In this document: one piece after another, positions 1-14,688 of the stretch
Position numbering within the stretch: the first letter of the stretch is position 1
How the letters are laid out: the number at the start of each line of letters is the position of its first letter
DNA from: Octopus sinensis
Taxonomy: Eukaryota
DNA: 64,000 bases
Assembly: GCF_006345805.1 (NCBI RefSeq)
Contig: NC_043004.1
Span: forward strand, 58,466,001 to 58,530,000
Direction: 5' to 3'
The notes under the pieces: model-generated
Database searches by the model: none
Told to the model about the DNA's origin: nothing
What the model saw: only the letters and a program-made list of their open reading frames with translations
Made by a program: the position numbers and the translations under genes

Positions 1-104
1 TGGCCTGGTGCAGCCTTCGGGCTCCCCAGACACCAGTTGAACCGTCCAACCCATGCTAGCATGGAAAGCGGACGTTAAATGATGATGATGATGATGATGA
101 TGAT
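1..104 (+). mobile_element. 3' end of SINE family B (short-tandem-repeat tail)
   Basis: ...AACCCATGCTAGCATGGAAAGCGGACGTTAAA followed by (TGA)n; the same tail recurs about 10 times in the window. Confidence 0.85.
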
Positions 105-901
105 GTGCTTGTACCTTTTTTTATGAGTTTCAGCAGCATACTTGAAACAACAAACTCAAACTTAAACTGTTTCATATTATCAGTACTATGAGACCTTAAT
201 GTACTGTAAGGGTTAGATATTTTGTTTTGTAAAGACTCAGTGATGCCTTAATGATTTCTATATTTAGTATTAGTCCCTAATCTTTTATCTGAATCAAAAG
301 ATTTTTCAAACCAATTGTGAAAATACTTGATTATTATTAACCATTTCCTACTTTTTCTCACTTTCTCATGGTTTGAAAGTTTATAGTTTAAAACTTTACC
401 ATTCTATAAATACCGCTCACAGATAATAATCAATGACCTGTACAGAATCTTATTTACTAAATGTATTATAAATGAAGTACCAACCATCATCAATGCTTTT
501 GGCATCCAGTGTGTTATGATAGCTTTGCTCATGGCACCAAATGGTGTGTATAGCTCAAGTCAGTAGAGATGTATATATTAAAGCATTTCTTTATGGATGG
601 GTTAAGTCATTATTGCAATTATTAGAGAGATGGATTATGAGTAAATTGAATAATAAAACTAGTAAACATATGGCTAGTAATTAGTTTAGTTGTGTTTATT
701 TTTGTTTGATTTACGTTCATTTATTATGTTAGTTTAGGTTAGGTAGGTACTTGTTTGAAGCAGTATTTTTACAACCAGATGCTTTTTCTACTGTCAGCAT
801 TTTACTGTTTTGTGAGGGAAATTTATCCCACACATTCAACAGTACAAAGTTTATAATCAATAATAAATCTCTGAATGAGATGTAAACAGTAACTGCTCGA
901 C

Positions 902-1381
902 AACGTAAAGTATACTAGCCATCTCAATATGGCTAACCACTAAGGGTGGGTGTTACTGTAGCTTTTAACCCCAGGAGATCATCGTCTCCAGCTGGCTTTA
1001 GGCACACTTTCTGTGCCCTTATGGTATTTGCAAAGGGAGGTCATCCCTCTCTCGTAAACCTAAGTGATACGCACGGACTGCAGGTTCTAGGTATTGACCT
1101 GTCATCAGCGTACAACAATCACCAGTTTTCGATGAAGGGAGACCTGTATGCAAATATTTATTTATTGCCGTACGCTGAAGACAGGCAAATACCTAGAACC
1201 TGCAGTCCATGCGTATCACTTAGGTTTACGAGAGGGGGATGACCTCCTTTTGCAAATACCATAAGGGCACAGAAAATGTGCCTAAAGCCAGCTGGAGACG
1301 ATGATCTCCTGGGGCTAAAAGCTACAGTAACACCCACCCTTAGTGGTTAGCCATATTGAGATGGCTAGTATACTTTACGTT
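902..1381. mobile_element. 480-bp fold-back (palindromic) element with a hammerhead-like motif in each arm
   Basis: 902-1113 is the near-perfect reverse complement of 1170-1381 (AACGTAAAGTATACTAGCC... / ...GGCTAGTATACTTTACGTT), with a short central spacer and no clear TSD. Confidence 0.9.
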
Positions 1382-2654
1382 AAAGTTTATAATGTTCTCT
1401 AGATATGAAAATATGGCAACTATATTTTTCACTCAGATGATCTCATATGAGAAATGGAGACTTTCATGCTCACACACACACACATCTATATAAACACAAA
1501 CACGATGGGCCTCCATGCAGTTTCTTTTTATCAGCTTTACTCACAAGGCATTAGTTAACCCATGGCTGTAGATGACACTTGTCCAAGGTGCCATGCAATG
1601 ATTACAAAACAAGCTTCTTTACTAAACATGTCTGAGCCTATGTATTCTTGAATGTGGGTATATATATGGATGTATATATAAGCATAAAGCAGTATTCAAA
1701 TCTATAACAGTCAAGGTTAAAATGGTATCAAAAATTAATCTTTTTCTCTCATTTATTGTTTGATGTCTGCTGACGTTAATTCCTCCTTGTCAAGGCTTCA
1801 TTCATCGGTGAATAAAGAAGAATGTAATCATTCTCTTAAACTTCAGTGTTGCTGATGAAGGTTTACTTTTGCTTGGTGAAAAGTGTAAAATACTCTGGCT
1901 TGCTCTAAGATCTGAATTTGGTGCGACTCTCAAGAGCTTTGTCCAGAAAGATGTTTCGATATTCAAGCCAATAAGGAGTCATTTACATGGTCACTTCACT
2001 TGGTAGAAATTGCAAGAACTTTCAGTTTTCCTTACATCATTCTTATTATCTTCAAATAAAAGGACACATTGGATAGTATTATAGTAGAAACTCTATGCCT
2101 TAGTTGAAATTACTTTCATCATAAGTCAGCTCAATTCAGGACAGACTTAGGATTAAGCAACATTATAATTTAAACATTGTGATATATTGTTGTTCAAAAT
2201 AGCAATATATGTATCATACTTAAGGCAGATGCATCATTGAAAGCCTTATAAACTGCAGTATTTGATTTGCTGATAATGAATATTATAGTTAATTCTCCAG
2301 CTTTTGCTTTATTTAACATAATTCTTCAAGTAACTCTCAAATAAATATTATCAATTCTCAATAATTACACAATTATTCAATGTTTATCAATTCTTCATGT
2401 AATCATCAGCATCATTATCATCATCGTTTTAATGTCCATTTTCCAATGCTTGTATGAGTCAGACAAAGCTTACTGAGGCAGATTTTCGACACTCAGATGC
2501 CCTTCATGTTACCAAACCTTACATGTTTCCAAGCAAAGTAATATTTCAATATTTCCCCAAAGCCAGACATGTTTGCACAGAATATTGGAAATGAATGGCA
2601 TTCATTTACAACAATCATGCAGTGTCAAGACAAGTTGACACAAAAATGCACACA

Positions 2655-2658
<4 letters not shown>

Positions 2659-2697
<39 letters not shown>

Positions 2698-2711
2698 CTC
2701 TCTCCATCTCT

Positions 2712-2752
<41 letters not shown>

Positions 2753-2773
2753 CTCTCTCCATCTCTCTCTCCA

Positions 2774-2821
<48 letters not shown>
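2659..2821. repeat. (TC)n/(AC)n microsatellite
   Basis: Direct read; source of ORFs 2595-2834, 2615-2818 and 2625-2822. Confidence 0.97.
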
Positions 2822-3211
2822 TTCTTACATATAATTATATATAGCAGTAGTAATATCATGCAAACTGAATTGTACCAGCTTAAATGTTTCTGTTGATTAG
2901 TGAATTTTTTCAAAGATAAAATTTGTATGAATTTTCTTCTCTAAATTTCCTTTAGCAAATGCAGTATCAAAATGATAATGATCCAATATCTTATTAAAAG
3001 TTTAATGATCAGTTTTCTGAAATTCTAATAATCCTCTATTCATAATGGCAAATAAAAATAGACATCCAAGGCTACATTGCATTGGATGTCTTATTAAGGA
3101 GGTATTCAGCTTTTGGTTGCTATCTGCTATCCAATTTGTTATGAACAATATCTGAATGCTTCCAATCAAGTAGAAGCCTGTTAAACCAAATTCATTTTTA
3201 ACCATTGTGAT

Positions 3212-3273
<62 letters not shown>

Positions 3274-3680
3274 AATGTATAATTATTATAATCATGATTT
3301 TCATTTTCTTTTTATATTGATATATAATGTAGCAATGCAGCATATCTCTGTGTTCCTTTCAACAACTTTTAAACTTTGAATCCCAGGCCTTATACTATAC
3401 CTAATCAATATAAATACTTAAGTATGAAAATATATCTTTGTCTATATACTTTGTTTGGATTACAAAATTATTGTATGCCAGAAATTTCAAGATCTGTTGG
3501 TATTTGGAAATGATTTGTTTCAACAGAATTCATGAAATTTAAGTTTTAAAATACTATGAATAACTAGTTCTTTGAAAATATAGTAATAGGCTGATCTGTT
3601 ATCTTATACATAAGCATGAACATGTATTACAATTTGGTGGAACTTCAGTGCAAAACTCCTGTACATGTAAATGTTCCATG

Positions 3681-4308
3681 CTTGTGGGCTGTGTGGTAAG
3701 TAGCCTGCTTACCAACCACATGGTTCCGGGTTCATTCCCACTGCGTGGCACCTTGGGCAAGTATCTTCTACTATAGCCTCGGGCCGACTAAAGCCTTGTG
3801 AGTGGATTCAGCAGACAGAAACTGAAAGAAGCCCATCGTATATATGTATATATATATATATATATATGCGTGTGTGTGTTTGTGTGTCTGTGTTTGTCCC
3901 CTAGCATTGCTTGACAACCGATGCTGGTGTGTTTATGTCCCCGTTACTTAGCGGTTCGGCAAAAGAGACCGATAGAATAAGTACTGGGCTTACAAAGAAT
4001 AAGTCCTGGGGTCGAGTTGCTCGATTAAAGGCAGTGCTCCAGCATGGCTGCAGTCAAATGACTGAAACAAGTAAAAGAGTATAGATGTACGTGTGTGTGT
4101 TAGTTTGTGTTTGTCACCCCCAACATCGCTTGACAACTGATGCTGCTGTGTTTACATCTCAGTAACTTAGCAGTTCAGCAAAAGGGACTGATAGAATAAG
4201 TTCTGGGCTTACAAACAATAAATCCTGGGGTCGATTTGCTCAACTAAAGGCGGTGCTCCAGCATGGCCACAGTCAAATGACTGAAACAAGTAAAAGAGTA
4301 AAAGAGTA
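3681..4308 (+). mobile_element. SINE family A copy (3681-4080) followed by a tail-only duplicate (about 4088-4308)
   Basis: tRNA-like head GGCTGTGTGGTAAG...GGTTCATTCCC, then ACCTTGGGCAAG body, internal (TA/TG)n, and tail ...GACTGAAACAAGTAAAAGAG; the tail is repeated immediately downstream. Confidence 0.9.
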
Positions 4309-6744
4309 ATCTTATTTAAAGTAGTTTCCTATGGCTTTATTTTGTATTAGCAGAAAGATACACTATGATGGCTTCATATTTCTTTTTTCAGGTAGGCATG
4401 GAGTCTGGGGTTTGTGTGGCACGTAGGTGATAGAAACTGTGACATTTTTGCTTAATTCAGCAACAGTTATTTATGTAAACGAAGTAAAATGCTTACAACT
4501 AGTAATCAAAAGATGGGCTCATGCTGACATAATTTCATCACAGTCATTTTATTAATCCGTTATGTAATAGTAATAGTATGGAGCATGTGCTGTAACAGTG
4601 CATAATTGCATCTACCATTTGTTGGTGGTACCATACTCCTGGCGGCTGACACCTTTGTACCACTCAGGTGACACCCTTCTAATCTGCTGTGCACTCCAAT
4701 CTCATAAAACATCACTAGCAATGACTTGCAATTTGCTATGAAAGAAGCCCTGTCCATGAAACATCCTGTGATGCAGCATGTTTTAAGAATTCTATTCAGG
4801 TTCTAAGATGTTCATTTGGCCAAAACTTGTTGATCGTCATATTTAGTTGGGGTGCTTTACATTCTAGATTTCAAATTCTGCTACAATCAGTTTTGTCTTT
4901 CATCCTTCCAAGGGTCTATAAAATTAAGTACCAGTCAAACCATGGAGTTGCCCTTAATCAATTAGGTCTTCCCTAGAGTGTGTGACCTTAACTATGTGTT
5001 CAAAGTACCATTGAATAGTCAAGATAAGGATGATAGTGTTACTGAAGCAGCAGTGAGTCTGTATATTTTGATAGGATTTTCACTGCAATAAATTCAAAAA
5101 CCTCTTCCTTATCATTCAACACTGATTGATGATTCTTCTTTACTTACATCATTTTAAGATAATGTATTTGTGCTTTACAATTTATGTTTTGGACTGCAAA
5201 ATTTAGTCTGGATCATTGAATGAAATTTATAACACACTGATAAGACACAAATTACACTTGAGCTAAGATTCAAAATTATCCAAAATTCAACTCATATTGT
5301 TTTGCATCCTCTTCAAAGATTATATATAGACCACTTGGAAAAGTAGCTGAAATTTTTAGTATTAATATTGAGAGTGAGAAGTGAGAGTTAAAACATTTCT
5401 AGAACAGAGGAGAAGAAAATGAGTTCTTGGAATTAAAGAATGCACAAGTCTTAGACATAAGTATGTTCCCTAATTTTCAGGAATTAAGAAATGCATGTGT
5501 CTCATGCAGTTTTCTCTTATAGAGAACATAGTCGACCATAATAGTAACAAGCAAAGATTTAGGTGCAACAAAAATATTTAAAAGGTGCTTACATGTTCCT
5601 TGCATTTTATATAAATTAGATTCCATTACAATAGTGACAGAAGGAATGAGGTGGCTCTGAGATTACAGTGAAACCTCATTGATTAGTCAGATTACATTTT
5701 TCTGAATATAATGAAGAATGCAAGTCATTTTAGATATGTATGTGTGGTATTCCATAGTCTAGCATATTTCAATTTTGCAAGAAGCCATTAGTTACTAGTA
5801 CTGGAACATATATCAGCCTTAAAGGATAATACTAGGGTCTTATTTATAGTTTTAGGATAATACTTTAATCCTGAAGAAATATTTTGCACTTTTAGCAGTC
5901 ATGAGTTGATGTATAATCAAGACTTAAAGATATCATATTTCTAAGAGAATTTTTTGGAAGAAGTTGAATCCTAGTATGTGTAATGATGAGGATGCCCTAA
6001 TTTGAGAGCTGTCCAGTTTCACTGGACAAATCTGAAATTAAATCATGGTGTTGTTCATGATGTTGTTCTGATTCCTTACAATAGCGTCAGACTCCCAAGA
6101 TGATCATTGTTCCTATAGTAATTGTCTTCTATTACAGTAGATGTGGATATCTAAACAGAAATTCTAGTATTAGTAGGTAATTATTAATTGAATTTAAAGT
6201 TTGTGAAAGAATTGGCAGAAAATCATTGGGGAAGAAGAAAACAACTGAATTGAATAGAGCAAGTATGATTAAGGTATACAGAATTCAATAGTAATTTTAA
6301 GACGATATCATCATTAAAGCAGATATGGAATGGTTAGCTTCAATTCCAGAGGAATTTTCTTTGGTCTGATGTATCTGAAGAAAGTTTGCAGGTACTCTTA
6401 ATAAAGTATTTATTCATTCATATGTCACAAATTTAGCTTTAATTTAATTTTCTAGAGAATGATGATGATGTTAGAGAAATAGATTAACTGATAAAATATC
6501 AAAGATTTTTTATTTTTGTTCAAGATCGATGTGATTAGAATAGGAAAACCAACTGAAAAATGATCTCAAAAATGTCTGCTTCCCCCAAAAATGGTTGCAA
6601 CTGAGGTGCATTTCACCATACCATGCCAGAAATATCTGACACATGTAAGCTATGCTAGATCCTCCTGTTTCATGTTGGGTGTTTCTGTCATTAGCATCAA
6701 TGCAGTTGAGTGTTTTCTGTTCTCTATCAGGGTGTGGAAGTTGT

Positions 6745-6925
6745 TAAAACATAACATTTGATGTGGCTTTGCATTCAGCATGAAAGCAGTAGCCAGCAAA
6801 GCCTACACTGCATTGAACAACAATACTAGAGATGGGTGGAGTGTGTCCATAAATTTCCTCTTTGGTCATGTGTTCATACCATGAGATGTCTTGATTCCTC
6901 ATGAAAAGTCTGGTGTATGTATCAT
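6745..6925 (-). pseudogene. decayed RTE-clade LINE ORF2 fragment (region C-terminal to the RT domain)
   Basis: Minus translation DTYTRLFMRNQDISWYEHMTKEEIYGHTPPISSIVVQCSVGFAGYCF resembles the RTE-type motif 'YTRLL...ISW..H.T.E.LYG..PPIS..I..RR..FAGHC'. Confidence 0.65.
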
Positions 6926-9306
6926 CAGTGTAATCATAATTGCCTTAATTCCAAGAGAGAAATGAATAAGCAGTTTTATATGGTTGGAATGGTTTAAGGG
7001 ACAATAAATCTATGACCATTTGAGTAATTGGCAATTTTTTGCTTTACCTTGAGGTGAAATTGGCTTGTGACAGTAATATTGCACACTATAAAGGTCTGAG
7101 ATTGAAAGAAAAGTGATAAATATATGTGAACTGCAATGAAAAGTACATATATTTTTATTATTTGTAAATAGTGTTTGTCTGGATCCCTCAAATTTTGTGA
7201 AAATAGGATATAGTTTTCTTCATTAAAGATGAAAAAAAACCAATATTTATGGAGCTTGCAAGCCTACATATTGTTTACTATGTAGAATCTCAGTTTGATG
7301 TTACTCCCTTACATAGGTCTGTGCAATCCATAGCACTCTGGGAAAATATATCATGGCTATAATTTTCTGATGCTACACTCACATTCCAATGCAAATTATT
7401 TGGTTGTACCTCCAGATAATAAGAGTCAAATCAAAGTTCATGTTTTAGCATTCTGTGTGATTGCAACAAAGGAGAATCTGTTAGAAATATCTACATTCAG
7501 TTGTTATGTGTTCCTTACCTGATACTTTCAACAAGGGCTTACAATATATGAAATACATGTTTAATTCAACAAACATAATCACTTCACTAGGAATATATTG
7601 AGCTCATACATAAAATTACCAGATCAAAGAGCTTATTTATTCTACATACTTGTGATCAGTTAAAGAAATCTATATAATTAAATGATATGTTGATATTTGA
7701 ATATAAATCATACTGTCCAAAACTAGTTAACTGATCATTATCACAATTATTATTATTAATTTAATTAAAATAGATAATTGTCAATGAAGTGAATGAACAA
7801 GATTATCACACTATTACAGTGCATAGTTCTATCCTTTACATCCTCAACTCTTATCCCACTGTCTTTGACTTTATTTTTCATTCCTCTTAAGTTAATAAAC
7901 TACCAGGCATGAGTTCAATTCAATTAACTCAAAGTTCATTGTACCACTGTAACAAATTATTACTATTATTGAATTGGTAAAATCAATAAAGAAACAGATA
8001 AAATGCCTTGTGGTATTTGTTCCAGCTTTTTACATTCTTAGCTTAAATACCAAGATCAACTTTGCTTTTCAACCTTTGGGGATTGCTAAAATAAAGTATC
8101 AGTCAAGCGCTGAAGTTTATGGTGTTTCAGGCCATTTTATTACCAAATTTCAGGCCATTTTATTGCAAATACATTACTATAAGACTTTCATATTCCTAGT
8201 AATTTTCATAGTATTAATATAAATTAGATTATTATTGGGGTAATAGTAAATTGGTTATAAAAATATATGTCACGTATTTTGCAGGGAAATTTTCTGCTAT
8301 TACTAATTATATGGAAGAAGTACTTTTGACAAATCTTGCAATGATAGAGATGTCTAGATTATTAAAAATTATATCCATTATAAATTTTTTGGCTGCTTTA
8401 AAAATGTCACATTTATGATAAAAGAAAGCATAAATCGAAAATGTTCCACTAATTTTGGTACATCAAATGATAATCATAAAATTCTTAATTAAAAGCAAAT
8501 CCTACTTCATCAATGTATTATTTCTTCACAATTTCAAATTGTAGATGCATTTTAATGTCTTGATAAAATACACTTATAAAATTTACTTATCTTTAAGCAT
8601 GTTATATATTTTACAATTGTTCAAAGCCAACATTTATTATATCATAGCATACAACTCGTTTACATGTTTTATTATCTTCCTATGATTAACTTTATCAACT
8701 CTTGAAGCTATTCTCTTGAAATTTTGACCTGTAAAGTTCTTTTTCTTTTTATGAACATACATAACTTGTGAAACCTTTATACTTTTATTTTCTAAGTTTG
8801 CAGAGCACAAACTTTCAACTAAAAGTCAATTACAAATTTGTAGTTATATATATTAATAAATTTCATTCTCATATATTTTCTTTTGGCATAATAATTATGA
8901 CTGGAATCTATTTAGCTTGTGTGGGTTCTTTAAAATATGAATTATTAGCAAATAGTGTTTTCCAAAATTAAAAAAAATGGTTATTGAATAAATTTTAATT
9001 TTTATTACTATTTTGATATTATTTGATGTAAATCTTCATTTTTATTCATAGGTTTTATTTAAATTTAGATTTTATGTTATATAAATATTTCTGTTTCTAT
9101 TAAACTAATTTATAAAAATGTACTAGTTCAAAAAAAGTGTAGTCAAATTTTTTTTAATACAATTTGGCTTAGTACAAAATAAGCTTTTGGAGAAAATATA
9201 GCAATATGCTTCTAGCTATATCTTTCTACTTTACTAGACTTGTTTTTTTATTAAATTATTTTATTCTAATAAATTTTGGTAAGGGAAATAAATATTTTTA
9301 CTACTA

Positions 9307-9343
<37 letters not shown>

Positions 9344-9552
9344 CGACATCATTGTCATTATTATCATCATTGTCATTATCATCATCATTATTCAGATTCA
9401 CATTAGAAATATGTATATAATACTTGATTCACATTAGATATTCTGTAACATGGTGGTGATATTATATCCACCGTCAAGGCTGCAACATTAAAAAATTAAA
9501 ACTTTGTATGAACTATATTTTCAAATAGAAACTTTCAGCAATGCTCTCTTTT

Positions 9553-9593
<41 letters not shown>

Positions 9594-10249
9594 TTCTCTC
9601 TCTCTGTCCCATTATCTATTTATCTATCTATGTATCTATCTATCTATAATATATGTATATATATAAATATATATATATATATCTTGAATTTTGCATCAAG
9701 ACTTCTAATTCAAGAATATAAATTTTATATACAATATAACAGTTTAATGGTTTTTTTGAGTCATAAATACATTTTCTTTAAGATTGTAATTATACATTTT
9801 TGTACAACCACTTAACTAATAAATATACATACAGATGTATATGCATACACGCACCCACACAATACACACACAATACACACACATACGTACACATGTATGC
9901 ATACATACAATCATATATACACACATGAATATATACTCAAAGACACATGCATACAAACACACATACAAACCCAAGAATTTTTCCATCATTGCTCGACTTA
10001 ATGTAAAATGCTATTTTTATCTGTTAATTAATTTTAAATTTTATTAAAACTATACTGGAACACTGGATATAAATTGTTTAGTTTTATTTTAAAAATCTAA
10101 CAATATAATCAATGTAACAAAAAACACGTTCTAGAATCTCAGATTTTTCCTTCTTCTGGCTTTTTTATTCAATTGTCATATTTTTCTAATGATGATGGAG
10201 TACATTTATATTAAAATCTTATGTATTCATCTGAGCACATATTGCATAC

Positions 10250-10299
10250 CTTAAACCAGCTGCAATGGCTGAGATGCCCCAGAAAAAACAGCCCAGAAA
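10250..10299 (-). CDS. candidate 50-nt exon of an unidentified gene
   Basis: Acceptor TATTTGTTTCAG, donor AAG|GTATGC; open as FLGCFFWGISAIAAGL or SGLFFLGHLSHCSWFK. No homology recognised. Confidence 0.3.
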
Positions 10300-10483
10300 C
10301 TGAAACAAATATAGATGTAAACAAATTTCTTCTTCATCCATCTACAACAAATGTGTTTTTTAACAATGTTGTACCAAACAAGAATTTCTGTCCCACATTC
10401 ATATTGTATGTCACAGCTAATATCATCTAACATCAATATTCTTTAGTAGTCCTCATCATTTTTTTAGAATATAAAAGCCTCCA

Positions 10484-10655
10484 AAATATAACATCTGATA
10501 TGGTCTACTGTTCAACACTATAGCAAAGCCTATATTGAACTGAGAAACAATAGTAGAGATCAATGAAATGTGTCCATAACTTGCCACATTTGTGTCATGG
10601 TCACATCATGAGACACTTTGAACTCTCATCTGAAGTTTAGTGCATCTACTATCAA
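10484..10655 (-). pseudogene. second, more decayed copy of the same RTE ORF2 region
   Basis: Minus translation RCTKLQMRVQSVS*CDHDTNVASYGHISLISTIVSQFNIGFA; visibly homologous to 6745-6925. Confidence 0.55.
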
Positions 10656-13337
10656 TATGGTCTTGGATTTCCTTCTTCATAGTCCAGCAGTTTTGGAGCT
10701 TGTAACAAGTACTAAAACCAATGGTAATCATGTATTTCAAAATCAAAATGGCTAACCTTCTTTTGGACATAGGCAGAGAACATTCTTCTCTATAAAAGTG
10801 AAACTAAGACAATGAATAAGCTTAATCCCTTTTTAATATTTTGAAATAAAAGGGAGCAAGAGCTGTGTAGAGAATTGAAGAAGATTTTCTATTGTGAACA
10901 GGTCAGAATTTAATTCATATTTCATCATCGAATTTAATTCATATTTCATCATAGACATTAATCTATTGCTTGACCTATGGTATAAGTGCTAGGAACATAC
11001 TAGCAACTGGCAATCAACTACACTGCATTTTCTTACGTAACAATTACTCTTATATTTAAAAATTAATTCCATATTTCTTTTTGAAGAATACTTTAAAACA
11101 ATTTAAGAACCAGAAATATAAGTATTCTTCCTAATATATCCATATAATAGCCATCTTATAGAAATGTAAAGGAATGCAGTAAATCATCCTCCTTATTTTT
11201 TTTCTTTTCATAATTAGCTAAACTTTTGCAGAGCAAAAAGTCAAAGTAATTGTTCTATTATAGCTACTTTAGATACAGATCTGTTTTAATTATGAAGACA
11301 CTTTTCAAAAGAATTGCAATACATATTTTAATTAGTATTTTCATTTCTATTTCTCATCTTTTTAAACATATTATCTACAACACAAAAACAAAAAATGCAA
11401 CCATCTATCATTGAGTGGTTTCTGTAGTTTTCCTATTTTGAACAATTTTCCTCAGCACATACAAAGTACTAACTTATCTACAAGAAAATACACAAGAAAA
11501 ATATACAATAATTTTTCAATATATTAAAACATTGTTTTATATAAATATTATATGAATATTTTCAATATTCATATGAAATCACTTTTTTTTAAAGTTTTCA
11601 AATTACCTTTATTATTACCTTCAGAAGTCTGTCACCCTTTTAGTAATCATTTGAAAACCTATGTGATTCCTGTCTATAATCCTGCTTGAGTGCTCTAATT
11701 TCATGATGATTCCTGGTATGCTCTTGGATCTGATTAATACTACCCTGCATTTGTGCATGCTTAGAAAAGCATACCATCCTCACATTTGCTTATATATTCA
11801 CTCAACTTTATGCTTCTTTCTTGTTATATTTTGCCTTTCTACTACAATACTAACACAAAGGTGTACTCATTATAGCAACCAAATTCTATCTTTATATTTA
11901 ATAGTCAAACATAATCATGATACTTTCAGATCAAGTATTCATTTGAACAGTAAGGAATTTTAATGTATTAAGACAATTGTATGATTTTCATAATATAATA
12001 GAAATGGTTCTTTAAAAAAAGTTACCTATTAAGGCTGCCAAACTAAAGGCAATAACTTAACTTATATATTTTTATGTTTTGTTCTAATTCATTTTCTTTA
12101 TCTTAATATATTTCAAGCATCATTCATATTTCCTGTACATATGATATTTTGAAAAACACTTGAATATTTTTGTAGGTTACTTACATCTAGAAATATTCAA
12201 AACTACAAATACTTGGCATTTACTAAGTTATCAATTTCAATATAACAATATAATTTCTATAATTTGCATTTCTTGGTGTTTTCACTTGTTTATGATGAAT
12301 ATTTTGCTTCTTTAAAATCTATTATAATTGAATAATAATCATAGTGTAAGTAAAATTTCATGATAATTATAAGAAAATTTCATCTCTACTAAATCTAAGA
12401 ATAAACTTATCAGGTTTTTATTATATATTTGTAAACAGCTGGATACATAACATAATTGTGGGTATGGTGTCTCAGCAGTTAAATGGGATATTAACTAAAT
12501 GATGAGATATCAAAAAAGTATCAGAATAATATTCCATATTATATGAGCTTTGTTGCTAGTTTGTTTTAATGTTTAAGTACACTGACATTTGAGGTGATAG
12601 AACTAGGTAAGCATATCCACAATTTGATGCCACTTGACAATAAGATGCTATATCCACGATTTGACAACAGTCAAAGCATTAAATAAAATATTGTCATACA
12701 AGTAAGAAGTTAAATTATTCAGAATAAATGCTATATTAGTTGGTGATTATCTAAAAGGTTCACTATCTGAAAACATTTTGAATGTTTTTTTTTATAAAGA
12801 TTGCTAATTATTAGCTCTTCAAAATGTCTAGTTAAATTGACAAACTCTAAGCAGTACCTTGGTAGAGTCTTTAGGGTGTCAGCAGAAATACCTCCAAATG
12901 TTTTTCACAATCCTCTGTTCTCTGAGTTCAAATCCTGCTTTAGTCAGCTTTGTCTTTTCTTCTTTTGAACAGTCAAAAACCTAAGTGTCAATGTAGGATA
13001 GTAAATTAGTGCAACTGTAAGAACATTAGACTGAATGCCTTTCAGTATTTGTTCTAGATCCTTCCATTTGGAGTTTAAATCCCGCCATGGCTTACTTCGA
13101 TGGTACACTAAATTCATCACCAAGCTTACCATCACCGATTGACACCTTGAGTGCCTTTAGTTGAGTACTCTCTATTGTAAGATCTTTGATTTGAGAATAA
13201 TTTCTTCATTCTCTCCAACCAGTCTTGGAGGCCCAGTAAAGAGTTTTGGGCTCAGCCTTTGATTAAAACAAGATTACAAATTCTGTTACACAAAAATCAT
13301 GAAAAAACTAAGAATCATTATTAATAAAAACCTACTA

Positions 13338-13429
13338 AATATATCCAAGTAATTGACTAAACATGTCAATAAAGTTGCTTCTGCTCTCAAAGTATCAATA
13401 CTAGAACAATCTAGAAGAAATTCCTCAAC
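13338..13429 (-). CDS. candidate exon of an unidentified gene
   Basis: Acceptor ATATATTTCAG; open frame VEEFLLDCSSIDTLRAEATLLTCLVNYLDIF; donor uncertain (A|GTAGGT). Confidence 0.3.
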
Positions 13430-14567
13430 CTGAAATATATATTCTATATATATGTGAAATTGTACCAATAAATAATATATTCTTTATCAGAGTTCACCTG
13501 AGCCTATATCTTACAGTTGCAGCTACATCCAACTGTAGTGAATAATTTATTTTATGAAATATGTGAATTATTATAAAAATAAATAAAATAAAATTTTACC
13601 TGCTGGCAATAATTTAAAATTGCAAGTATTATCAAATTTATATACTTCTCTCATTAGTTTTAGAAAATATGAAAATTTCTTTTGACATCGGTATGTCAAG
13701 AGTAGTACAAGGATAATCATGTTTATGTTTGATGCCTTGATTTTATTCCTTTTATTCAAAAACTAGATAATTTTTCTTCAAAAGTAGACACTGTTTAACT
13801 TAGAGTAATTAGTTTTATCCAGTTAGCTTCTCAGTTGAACTACTGTTAATGCCAATGTAAACGTTATTTTTTCTCATGCTAGAGTGGATAAAATAAGTAC
13901 CTGTGATATACTAAAATCAAGTTAATTTTTATTTCCCTTTATAAAGTTTTCTGTGCCTAGTTGAAAAGCATCATTATTATTAAAAATAAAGTTTTATGTT
14001 TGAAATTATTACAACATAATTACATAAGGTTTTTAATTGATTGTAAATTAACAACTTAAAATATAGTTAAAGCTGACTGCTGCTATTAACCATGATTTTA
14101 TATTCTTAACCTTAGGAATATAATTATTTGGCATTTAGTTTAATCCTACAATCTGATTTAATACATTAACAGAAGTATCTGAGTCGTCATTATTATAAAA
14201 TAATTGTTTTTGATAAGTCATCAGTAGTTCATATCTCTTCAATATGGTTTTACCCTTTTATGTACAGTCCATTGCAAAAAAAGAAAATAAGCTGTGTGTT
14301 ATTGCACAGTTACATATATGCAAAACAAATTTTAATATTATATTTAGAACTTTTGGTTATTTATCATAAAAGATATTTCATACTTTATGAAAAAATATAG
14401 TCTCTTATAGTTAATCTTTGATATCATTTTTATCTCTTAGCTAACTTATTAAATGATACGTTTATCGAATAAACAGCAGCAAATATAATTAGAATCTTCT
14501 AAATTACTCTTAATTCTACTTCTACTTGTAAAATCAGAACATATTGCCATTTTCTTTATTTTTTTAC

Positions 14568-14688
14568 CAGCAAGGAGAAAATAAATCGAAAGAACCATCC
14601 TCTTCATCTTCATTATCATCATCATCATCATCATCATCATCTGAGGAAGAAGAAGAAGAAGATTCACAGGCAGATGACGAGCATGCCT
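14568..14688 (-). CDS. candidate Ser/Asp-rich exon
   Basis: Acceptor TTTTCTTTGAAG, donor TG|GTAAAA; reads ACSSSACESSSSSSSDDDDDDDDDNEDEEDGSFDLFSPC; phase-compatible with the candidate exons at 16546-16589 and 17304-17341. Confidence 0.35.

Noticed and set aside
946-1242. 98-aa ORF
   Set aside because: It lies entirely within the palindromic element and resembles no known protein.
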